Below are positions 1 to 7,946 of a stretch of 64,000 nucleotides of DNA, one piece after another (the first letter of the stretch is position 1; every line of letters begins with the position of its first letter). A program made the position numbers and the translations under genes. The stretch spans positions 64,001 through 128,000 of the forward strand of contig DXJO01000004.1 of the NCBI GenBank assembly GCA_019057475.1. Reading direction: 5' to 3'. Source of the DNA: Candidatus Thorarchaeota archaeon (GTDB lineage: Archaea > Asgardarchaeota > Thorarchaeia > Thorarchaeales > Thorarchaeaceae). The notes under the pieces were generated by a model, which saw only the letters and a list, made by a program, of their open reading frames with translations, was not told the DNA's origin and did not search any database.

Positions 1-120
1 GTAAAGGCTGTGATGGACTCCTTGGGATTAGCTGGAGGAAACTGCCGACCTCCCATTCACAAGCTAACTGAGGCCGAAAGGCAGGCAGCGATTGATGCAG
101 TTTCGGGATGGGGTCTCTAG
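1..120 (+). CDS. Partial 3' end of a DapA/dihydrodipicolinate synthase-family aldolase
   Basis: Frame +1 reads VKAVMDSLGLAGGNCRPPIHKLTEAERQAAIDAVSGWGL*, matching the KxxMxxxG...RxP..L.. C-terminal pattern of the DHDPS/NAL family; not in the ORF track because it runs off the window edge. Confidence 0.65.
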   Translation, partial: VKAVMDSLGLAGGNCRPPIHKLTEAERQAAIDAVSGWGL

Positions 121-129
121 ACCAAGCAC

Positions 130-1320
130 TTACTCCAGAAGTATCTTCTTGCCATTGATGAAGACCTGCAAAACTTCACTGTAGAAGTCGAATGGGTCAC
201 CAGACCAAATCACTAAATCTGCATCTTTGCCCGGTTCAAGAGAGCCCACTCGGTCTTCAATCGCAAGGATCTCAGCAGGATTCAGAGTGACACACTTCAA
301 GGCGTCTTCACGGCTCATGCCATGCTTAATCGCATACATTGGCAGGAGGGGGAAATAGTTCATTGGCGTGAGCGAGTCTGTCTGAAGCGCTACCTTCACA
401 CCAGCCTTGTTGAGAATGACTGCTGTCTTGAAGCCACGCTCTTTTACTTCCGGTTTGGTGACCCAGAGCATGGTAGGCCCAATAACTGCTGGGACTCCCT
501 TCCTGGCTATGTACTTGGCAATCTTGTGGCCTTCTGTGCAGTGGATGATAACGAGCCTTAGGTTGAACTCTTCTGCGATTCTAATGATGGTAGCTATGTC
601 ATCAGCCCGATGAGAATGTGCATGAAGTGGTATCTGTCTCTTGAGAACCTTGGCGATGGTTTCTAGACCCAAGTCTCTCTTGGGCGGCTTAGGTATCGCT
701 TCACCTTTCTCCTTCGCCTCTCTGGCTTTCGCACCGAAGGCTTTCCACTCGTCCAAGTAATTCTGACCATTTGTGAGTGTCTTTCTCAGAAGTGCGGCAA
801 CACCCATCCGAGTCGAAGGCATTCTCTTGTTGTCTACTCCATGTACTCTTTTTGGGTTCTCTCCAAGTGCGATCTTGAGCGCAGATGGAGACATCACAAT
901 CATCTCATCAACGACATTGCCGCCCATTGGCTTGATAACAAAAGCCTCACCAGATACCACGTTCCCTGACCCGGGACCGGTATTGATGCAGGTCACGCCT
1001 CCTCTTGTTATCTCCTTGAGTGACGCTTCGAACGGGTTGAAGCCGTCCATACCGCGCATCTCAGGAGTGATTGGAGTTGTCATCTCATTCCCGTCCATTC
1101 CAGCCCACCCAATCGAACCGTCGAACAATCCGTGGTGACAATGCGCGTCAATGAAGCCTGGCAATACATACTGTCCCTTGGCATTAATCTTCTTGGCCTT
1201 GGTGGGTATAGTTATCGATTTGCCAACCTTGACGATTTTGCCCTTGTCAAACAGAACAATGCCATTCTTTATCACGCCCTGTACGGGGCACATTATCGTT
1301 GCATTTGTAATCGCAATCAT
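130..1320 (-). CDS. Metal-dependent amidohydrolase (imidazolonepropionase-like family)
   Basis: PGFIDAHCH metal motif, KIALGENPK, HSHRADD, IIHCTEG, GSLEPGKDADLVIW C-terminal beta motif. Confidence 0.9.
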   Translation of the reverse strand: MIAITNATIMCPVQGVIKNGIVLFDKGKIVKVGKSITIPTKAKKINAKGQYVLPGFIDAHCHHGLFDGSIGWAGMDGNEMTTPITPEMRGMDGFNPFEASLKEITRGGVTCINTGPGSGNVVSGEAFVIKPMGGNVVDEMIVMSPSALKIALGENPKRVHGVDNKRMPSTRMGVAALLRKTLTNGQNYLDEWKAFGAKAREAKEKGEAIPKPPKRDLGLETIAKVLKRQIPLHAHSHRADDIATIIRIAEEFNLRLVIIHCTEGHKIAKYIARKGVPAVIGPTMLWVTKPEVKERGFKTAVILNKAGVKVALQTDSLTPMNYFPLLPMYAIKHGMSREDALKCVTLNPAEILAIEDRVGSLEPGKDADLVIWSGDPFDFYSEVLQVFINGKKILLE

Positions 1321-1388
1321 GCTCGCTCATCCACTTGCAGGTACATCATGGTGTTGAGAAAAGTCTTCTCGTTTGTGAGGGGCATCTG

Positions 1389-2403
1389 CTACTTGCTTGG
1401 TGCGGCCTTCCAGTCAAGAATATGTGCCATCCAACCAGCAGTTCGTGCCATGGCAAACAGTGAGGTGTTGAGTTCTGCGGGTATGCCCAAAGTTGTGTAA
1501 ACAGCAGCATTGTAGAGATCCACGTTTGGATGCAGTGTCAACCCCTTTCGTTCACGCGCAAGCAATGGTCCCACGCTCGCCACTTCCTCCACGAGTTTGT
1601 AGAGTTGGTCATGCCTTGTTCCTAAGGCACGTCTCTTGAGGATGTTTCTTAGGATCACTGCTCTTGGATCAATTGTGCGATAAATCCTATGTCCGATCCC
1701 AAATATCCTCTGTCCTGAGTCCAGCCTCTTTGCCAGCTTGGCTCTAACCATGGTCGGATCAGCGATATCCTCTATCATCTTCATGGCTCTTAGGCCGGCT
1801 CCATGATGAAGAGGGTTTCCGTGAATTAACAATGCGGAACCTAGAGCTTCAGAGAGGGAAACCCCAGCTTTGACCCCACGTTCCAGCGCAGAGAGCGAGG
1901 GATTATCGGGGTCGTCCATGTGAAGAATGACCGTGGTTTCAAGGTCCTTAAGGTCTCGAGTCGATGGAAGTGATCCTGTTAGCGTCCAGATGAAGTTGGC
2001 CACATGGTTCAGATCCGTTCTTGGTTCGATGAGTTTGAGTTTCTCACACTCCCGCCAAGAGTTCGCAATCACAATGGGGGTGAGAGCAACCATTGTGAGC
2101 AGAGTTTCAAATTGATCTAGGCGAAGCTCCGTTCTAATCATATTAAGACTCTCACTCAGCCAAATCAGAGCAGACATGCAGTCGCCTTTTTGTACGGAAC
2201 CCAAACTTAGAGTTTCAATAGCTGATTCTCGCAGGCGTATTATCGAGGACACAAAATCATCATGCTGTTCCGCGGAAGGACGGCTGCTGTGAACCAACAG
2301 ATAGAGAATGGACTCGAAATCATAATCCAGAGCCAAGTCGGCTACATTTAGTCCCCTGAATAAGCTGTCCTTCCTCGGGGTCAATTCTACTTATGGGTTG
2401 CAA
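1389..2403 (-). pseudogene. Citrate synthase-like protein with an apparent frameshift near 2361 (pseudogene or sequencing indel)
   Basis: ORF 1389-2384 has GIGHRIY, DPRA, HPNVDLY and ARTAGW motifs; the canonical N-terminal ISxIDxxxGxL segment (TTG 2403: MQPISRIDPEEGQL) lies in a different frame from FRGLNVADLA. Confidence 0.7.
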
Positions 2404-2545
2404 GAAACTCTTCCAGTTCGACCCCGCCCAATCAAGCTGATAAGGCTAGCTATTATGGGTCACTTGCAAACTGATTCGGGGTGAACAGTTAAGTTATGTA
2501 GTGAAGCAATGAGCATCGATGCTTGAAGTGGAGGGATGAATACCT

Positions 2546-3583
2546 GTGGTACGACCCGGTCCAGGCTGTGCTGTTTGGGAGATCACACTGAAGTGCAATC
2601 TGAATTGCATGCATTGCGGCTCCGCAGCTGGAAAAGCACGAAGCGATGAGCTTACCACAGATGAAGCACTGCAACTATGTGATGACCTGAAAGGCATCGG
2701 TTGTCAGGGCGTCGCTATGATGGGTGGCGAGCCACTACTTAGAAAAGATTGGCCATCTATCGCAGAGCGAGTACGCGAAGTAGGCATGGACCTGTCGATT
2801 ATCACTAACGGGTACAAAATCACTGAGAGCAAATTTCAGCGAATCTTCGATGTCAACCCCGAGTTGGTTACAGTAAGTATTGATGGCGGGCACGCCGCTA
2901 TTCATGATACGATACGCGGAGTTCCGGGCTCCTTCAAACAGGTAGTAGCAACTCTTCGCCGACTCGTGAAATCTGGCTTGCCAACTGGTGTCATCACCAC
3001 TGTCCACAAGATGAACCTAGGCGAGCTTCCCACTATCCGAAAATTCTTGCTGGGCACGGGCGTAGCGTGGCAGATACAGATGGCCACGCCCTACGGGCGT
3101 CTTACATATGATCATGTTCTCTCAAAGGAAGAATACTATTCACTGGCTCTATTCATTGCTGCCACCCGGAAGAGGTACTCCAAGAAGGAGCTCATGATTG
3201 CAGGTGCACATGACATGGGCTACTTCTCACGGGTTCTCCCCCCCTTGCAAGTGTATCCGTGGCAAGGCTGTCAAGCTGGCATCTCAACACTTGGGATTGA
3301 GAGCAATGGAAACATCCTTGGGTGTCTTGCATTGCCTCCGGAGTACGTGGAGGGCAACATTCGCGAACGGCCTCTGAAAGAGATCTGGAACGATGACGCT
3401 TTTTCCTCGTACACTCGCAGAGTTCGGCGGACTGACTTGGGCAGCGAGTGCGCCAGCTGTACATACAGTAAGATATGCAAGGGTGGCTGTTCTGCCGTTT
3501 CTCATTCGATGGCAGGTGGACTTCATCGAGATCCATATTGCCTTCGTCTTATTGAAGAGGGACTCAAGAAAAGCAACAGTTGA
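2546..3583 (+). CDS. Radical SAM/SPASM peptide or protein maturase, PlpX/TIGR03913 (splicease)-like
   Basis: VWEITLKCNLNCMHCGSAAGKARSDELTT (CxxxCxxC), GGEP, SIDG, WQIQ, WQGCQAG..TLGIESNGNILGC and a 7-Cys SPASM domain (CQAG, GC, CxxC, C, GGC, YC); GGAGGGA SD-like site before the GTG. Confidence 0.9.
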   Translation: MVRPGPGCAVWEITLKCNLNCMHCGSAAGKARSDELTTDEALQLCDDLKGIGCQGVAMMGGEPLLRKDWPSIAERVREVGMDLSIITNGYKITESKFQRIFDVNPELVTVSIDGGHAAIHDTIRGVPGSFKQVVATLRRLVKSGLPTGVITTVHKMNLGELPTIRKFLLGTGVAWQIQMATPYGRLTYDHVLSKEEYYSLALFIAATRKRYSKKELMIAGAHDMGYFSRVLPPLQVYPWQGCQAGISTLGIESNGNILGCLALPPEYVEGNIRERPLKEIWNDDAFSSYTRRVRRTDLGSECASCTYSKICKGGCSAVSHSMAGGLHRDPYCLRLIEEGLKKSNS

Positions 3584-3627
3584 CATCTTGGGAAAAACAT
3601 TTCTTCTAAGGACTACTCTATTACATC

Positions 3628-3993
3628 ATGTCATTGATGGATATGATTCCAGTTGGGATTGAACTACTCCGACTTAGTGGGCGAGACGGCGTGTACGCTA
3701 TTCTATCACGGGTGTTCAAAGCTCAACCGACACCTCTGGCATATAGAAGAAGAATCAGGCCGCTCGGCGCTAGCGTAGGATTGTCAGAGGCTGAGGTTGA
3801 CGAGGTTATTAGCGGGAGTTCTAATGTTACGGTCCTTCCATCTTGGTTGAAGTGGGGTCTTGTTGCTTTCATAGTCGTTGTGTTGATTCTTAGTGCCATC
3901 GCGGTGACCGGGTCGTACGTGCCCTGGTATACGAATCCGACCTACGTTCCAGGTACCGACTATGCAAGCATCAGGCCTAAGGATTTCTTGTAG
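3628..3993 (+). CDS. Putative membrane-anchored precursor/substrate protein A (121 aa), C-terminal core TYVPGTDYASIRPKDFL
   Basis: LGASVGLSEAEV motif, one hydrophobic TM helix, conserved C-terminal motif shared with three downstream paralogs. Confidence 0.8.
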   Translation: MSLMDMIPVGIELLRLSGRDGVYAILSRVFKAQPTPLAYRRRIRPLGASVGLSEAEVDEVISGSSNVTVLPSWLKWGLVAFIVVVLILSAIAVTGSYVPWYTNPTYVPGTDYASIRPKDFL

Positions 3994-4113
3994 GAATGGC
4001 CTATTGAGTTCGTGCATATACCTAAAGATCAAGTGGCATTACGCTATTCAATGAATTATCTCATCCCTTTGCGTTGCGTAAGTTTCTTATTGGAGTTAGT
4101 CTAATGTTCATAC

Positions 4114-4446
4114 ATGCTTCTAGATAAACCTCCCACCGTCGGACTTGACATCCTCCGTACCCGGGGCGGAGAGCGTCTTTACCGATTGATTCTTCGAATT
4201 GCGGGGATTCCAACAGTCAGGGCAATGCCCTCGAAGGAATTAGTGCGTCTTGGAGCCAAGGTCGGGCTTGAAGCGTCGGAGGTTGAACAGGTTGCAGAGA
4301 GCAGACCTGATGTAAATGTGCTTCCCGATTGGTTGAAGGCAATTCTAGCCCTCATTGTGATTGTTGGCTCGTACTATCTGGGGCGAAGAATGACCTATCT
4401 CCCCGGGACGTTGTATGGAGCCATAGGTCCACGGGACTTCTTGTAG
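4114..4446 (+). CDS. Putative membrane-anchored precursor/substrate protein B (110 aa), core TYLPGTLYGAIGPRDFL
   Basis: LGAKVGLEASEV motif, VLPDWLK then TM helix, conserved C-terminal motif; closest to paralog A. Confidence 0.8.
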   Translation: MLLDKPPTVGLDILRTRGGERLYRLILRIAGIPTVRAMPSKELVRLGAKVGLEASEVEQVAESRPDVNVLPDWLKAILALIVIVGSYYLGRRMTYLPGTLYGAIGPRDFL

Positions 4447-4539
4447 GAATGGTCCAGAGGGTTCATCTGAATAACTTGGAAACTGGCTTGCATTACGCGT
4501 ATCAATAGCTTTTATGCTTCGGAGCCCTACCGTCTTCTC

Positions 4540-4923
4540 ATGACTTGGAGGGAATCCATTCTCTATGAACTGAACGCAACTCGCTTTCGACGGCTAGGCG
4601 GGCTTGGAGGGCTCAAAGATTGGGTGTGCGGTTTCTTAGCAACTTCAGTTCTTGATACAGAGAAAGCCGAGCAGTTAGGCGCTCAAGCTGGTCTGACTTC
4701 CGACGAGGTTGGAGCTGTTATGGACGCTCGAATGAGCAGAAAAGAGAGCATCCTGTTCAAGCTGACGGTAGTAGTTTTTACGCTCATAATTGTGGGAGCA
4801 GTTATTATGGCAGACCCATTAGGTGTTTTTGGCCAATACCCCGCCACCAACACCACGTACGTGCCGGGTACGCGCTATGGCAGCATCAGCCCGAAGGACT
4901 TCCAGTGGGGATTCGCACATTAA
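4540..4923 (+). CDS. Putative membrane-anchored precursor/substrate protein C (127 aa), core NTTYVPGTRYGSISPKDFQWGFAH
   Basis: LGAQAGLTSDEV motif, TM helix, conserved C-terminal motif. Confidence 0.8.
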   Translation: MTWRESILYELNATRFRRLGGLGGLKDWVCGFLATSVLDTEKAEQLGAQAGLTSDEVGAVMDARMSRKESILFKLTVVVFTLIIVGAVIMADPLGVFGQYPATNTTYVPGTRYGSISPKDFQWGFAH

Positions 4924-5000
4924 CACTTGTCGATTATTCAGGGCCAGTCGCTCTACGCCAACCGATAATCTTAACGGCTTTGACCCCATACTATACAACT

Positions 5001-5369
5001 ATGAATTGGATGGAACTCTGTCTGTATCAACTGGATGTGGTTTCTATCCGAGGGAGCCGCCGCTTCCTTGGGCCTATGGAATGGCTTCGCAGTTTCTTGA
5101 CAAAACCAGTCCTTGGGTCAGAGAAGATCGAGCTGCTCGGTGCTCAAGCAGGTCTCGAACCCAATGAGGCTCGAGACGCAGTAAGCATGCCCGCAAGCAA
5201 GGGTGAGAGCATAGTGTTCAAGCTGGTTGTGGGGATTGTGCTTTTCTCAATCTTGATTTCGATTGTGATTATGAGCCCAATAGGCGCCTACATCAATCAG
5301 GAGCTCTTCAACACAACTTACCTGCCAGGGACACTCTATGGAAGCATCAGTCCGAAAGACTTCAGGTAA
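5001..5369 (+). CDS. Putative membrane-anchored precursor/substrate protein D (122 aa), core NTTYLPGTLYGSISPKDFR
   Basis: Start moved to ATG 5001 because MNWMELCLYQL aligns with MTWRESILYEL of paralog C; LGAQAGLEPNEA motif, TM helix, conserved core. Confidence 0.8.
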   Translation: MNWMELCLYQLDVVSIRGSRRFLGPMEWLRSFLTKPVLGSEKIELLGAQAGLEPNEARDAVSMPASKGESIVFKLVVGIVLFSILISIVIMSPIGAYINQELFNTTYLPGTLYGSISPKDFR

Positions 5370-5374
5370 GCACG

Positions 5375-6688
5375 ATGCGAATCCACGTGGGCTGCGGCCC
5401 GGTCTACAAGAAGGGCTACGTCAACATTGACGTCTTTGATCCTACTGTTGCAGATCGTATCATGTCTGCATATCATCTGGAATTTCCCGATGACTCAGCA
5501 AGTCTTGTGGAGTGTATGCACACTCTCGAACACCTGGGTGCAGCGAAGAGCATCTATGCATTGGCTGAATTCTTTCGCGTATTGAAACCTGGGGGTGTCT
5601 TACTTCTGGAAATCCCAGACATAGAAGCAACCTTTGCAAACTTTCTCAAGCACGGGGAAAAACAAAGGAAGCTCCTAATGAACTGGATCTACGGCTTAGA
5701 TTCGCCAGGGATGGGCCATCGCTACTGCTTCCCCCGGGAACTGCTCAGTCGCATGTTGAAAGAGTCTGGGTTCAAAGATATCCTGTTGAAGCGGCTCGCG
5801 ACCAAATCTATCCAACCATCATTGCGGGTCAAGTGCAGGAAACCTGAATCGTATATTGCCCATCAGATTATTTCACGTGTACGACGTTCTCTGGTAGACA
5901 ATGGCCTAGTTGATCTTGATGACCAAGTCAGTGCACTTGACCGCGAAACTCTCATCCAATCTCTTGCTTCACTGACACATCAGCTGTGTGCCAAATGGGA
6001 TGAACTGGCGCTAAGGCAGATGACCATAGAATCAGCGGTGCAGAATCCGCGAATGGGGTTGGCTTTCATCGAGCAACTTGAGAGCCAGGTTTCTGAGTCG
6101 GCTTCTCGGGTGAAGAGGTATGGGCGGATTCTCGAAACACTGGGGTCTCTTGACTTCCCTGCAGTTTTGTTGCATCTACTTATGCAGGTTCCTCCACAGG
6201 TAGGAACTCAGAACCAGACGTACCTGACTGTCCGAAATATGGGGGTTGCCACTGTCAAGAAGCTTCTTGCAGGAAAGGAAGAACAGGCAGTCTCGAAGGA
6301 GCTGCGACGAACACGTGCGGCGTTGTCTGGCGATAAAATTCTGAGCCACTTCTCTGAAGAAGGAGTGAAGCGCCTTGCAGAGCAGAGTTTCGCTCACGGT
6401 GCAAAAGCTTTTGCTAATCATGAACTAACTGAGGCCGTTCGATTGTTCGAAGAGGCGTTCAGTCTTAATCGTGATGATCTTCTTATTACATGGAACCTAG
6501 CGCGTCTGAAGGCGATCGAAGGAAAAGGAGATACGTCAAAGAAGTACTATGAAATGACTTCCTTGCTTGCCCAACGCTACAAGCAACCCTTCCGTCGAAG
6601 GATGCTCGAGCGGCTTCGCTCTGAAATCAGTCTTGCATCCGAGGGCCAGATGGATGGCCTAGCAGCACCAGTCTACCAGGCCTTCTAG
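5375..6688 (+). CDS. Class I SAM-dependent methyltransferase with helical middle region and C-terminal TPR-like repeats
   Basis: HVGCG..GYVNID, FPDDSA, HTLEHL, FRVLKPGG; C-terminal AVRLFEEAFSLN...TWNLARL TPR-like helices; starts 5 bp after paralog D. Confidence 0.8.
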   Translation: MRIHVGCGPVYKKGYVNIDVFDPTVADRIMSAYHLEFPDDSASLVECMHTLEHLGAAKSIYALAEFFRVLKPGGVLLLEIPDIEATFANFLKHGEKQRKLLMNWIYGLDSPGMGHRYCFPRELLSRMLKESGFKDILLKRLATKSIQPSLRVKCRKPESYIAHQIISRVRRSLVDNGLVDLDDQVSALDRETLIQSLASLTHQLCAKWDELALRQMTIESAVQNPRMGLAFIEQLESQVSESASRVKRYGRILETLGSLDFPAVLLHLLMQVPPQVGTQNQTYLTVRNMGVATVKKLLAGKEEQAVSKELRRTRAALSGDKILSHFSEEGVKRLAEQSFAHGAKAFANHELTEAVRLFEEAFSLNRDDLLITWNLARLKAIEGKGDTSKKYYEMTSLLAQRYKQPFRRRMLERLRSEISLASEGQMDGLAAPVYQAF

Positions 6689-6712
6689 CAACACAATATG
6701 TCGACTGACTAT

Positions 6713-7717
6713 CTACAGCTTCTTTGCTATTAACGCTGCCAAATCAGCTAGGCGATGTGCGTAGCCTGCCTCATTGTCATACCAGCCAAGAACCTTTACC
6801 ATATTCCCCTGAGTCATCGTCGCAAGGGAGTCAAAAGAGCAGGAATCTGTATCGTTAATGAAGTCGGATGAAACAAGCGGCTCGTCAACGTACCCTAGAT
6901 ACGGAGCCATATCTCCCTTCTCGGAGGCTTTCTTGAATGCCGCATTGACAACGTCTACAGTTACTTCCTTGTCAACCTCAGCAACCAAGTCGACCAACGA
7001 AACGTCCATCAATGGAACTCTGATTGCCATGCCGTTCAACCGGCCGACCATTTTTGGATAGACCAGACCGATAGCTTTGGCAGCTCCGGTGGTCGTGGGG
7101 ATCATGTTCCATGCTCCAGCTCTGGCCCTTCTGAGGTCCTTATGCCACATGTCTAACATCCGTTGATCGTTTGTCACGGCGTGAATTGTGGTCATCAAGC
7201 CTGTTTCAAGTCCGAAGTTCTGGTCCAGAACCTTGACCAGTGGAGCAAGGCAGTTTGTGGTGCAGGAGGCGTTGGAGATAACGTGATGCTTTGAGGAGTC
7301 ATAATCGCCATCATTAACGCCAAGCACGACGGTGAACATCTCGCCACTGCCGGGGGCACTTATCACGACCTTCTTGGCTCCTGCAGTGAGATGTTTCTCT
7401 GCGTCTTCCCGTTTTCTGAAAAAGCCGGTACACTCCATCACGATGTCAATGCCCATCTCCTTCCATGGAAGCTTAGCAGGATCCCTCTCGGAAAGAATCT
7501 TGACCTCTTTGCCGTTGACAGTTATGCTTCCCTTCTCATACTCAACAGTACCGTCGAATCTGCCCATGACGGTATCGTACTTGAGGAGGTGGGCATTGGT
7601 GTGTTCGTCAGTGAGGTCATTTGCTGCTACGACTTCAAACTCTTTACTCTTCAACGCAGCCTTGAGAAAGCCACGTCCTATTCTTCCAAAACCGTTGATA
7701 GCTACTCTCGCAGTCAT
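6713..7717 (-). CDS. gap: Class I (bacterial/eukaryotic-type) glyceraldehyde-3-phosphate dehydrogenase
   Basis: VAINGFGRIGR, SNASCTTNCLAP catalytic Cys motif, TTGAAKA, WYDNE; start taken at MTARV (7717). Confidence 0.95.
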   Translation of the reverse strand: MTARVAINGFGRIGRGFLKAALKSKEFEVVAANDLTDEHTNAHLLKYDTVMGRFDGTVEYEKGSITVNGKEVKILSERDPAKLPWKEMGIDIVMECTGFFRKREDAEKHLTAGAKKVVISAPGSGEMFTVVLGVNDGDYDSSKHHVISNASCTTNCLAPLVKVLDQNFGLETGLMTTIHAVTNDQRMLDMWHKDLRRARAGAWNMIPTTTGAAKAIGLVYPKMVGRLNGMAIRVPLMDVSLVDLVAEVDKEVTVDVVNAAFKKASEKGDMAPYLGYVDEPLVSSDFINDTDSCSFDSLATMTQGNMVKVLGWYDNEAGYAHRLADLAALIAKKL

Positions 7718-7946
7718 ATTGTAGCACCCTTCTGCGCCTGCTCGTAGTGTTCGCCTATATTGTTTGCTATCAAACCAAGTACCTCCGCATACAAAGGAAA
7801 GATGGGTGCGCCTTGGACAATATGTAAGGTCTTCAGCTGTCACATCTCAAATGACACTTCAACTAGTCCATCCTGTTTGTTTTGCTATTCGATTGATTTT
7901 TATCAGCGATAAGCAATGGTAATCGAAACGTGAAGGGGAAACAGTA

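Noticed and set aside
3991-4470. Pyrrolysine read-through of the conserved TAG-GAA-TGG after paralogs A and B
   Set aside because: Read-through extensions diverge after two codons and differ in length; C and D end in TAA; TAG is a frequent true stop in this window
4735-5270. Class III (pilin-type) signal peptide in paralogs C and D (RKES/KGES before the hydrophobic helix)
   Set aside because: The site is about 65 residues from the start, lacks the typical +5 Glu/hydrophobic pattern, is absent in A and B, and no pilus assembly genes are nearby
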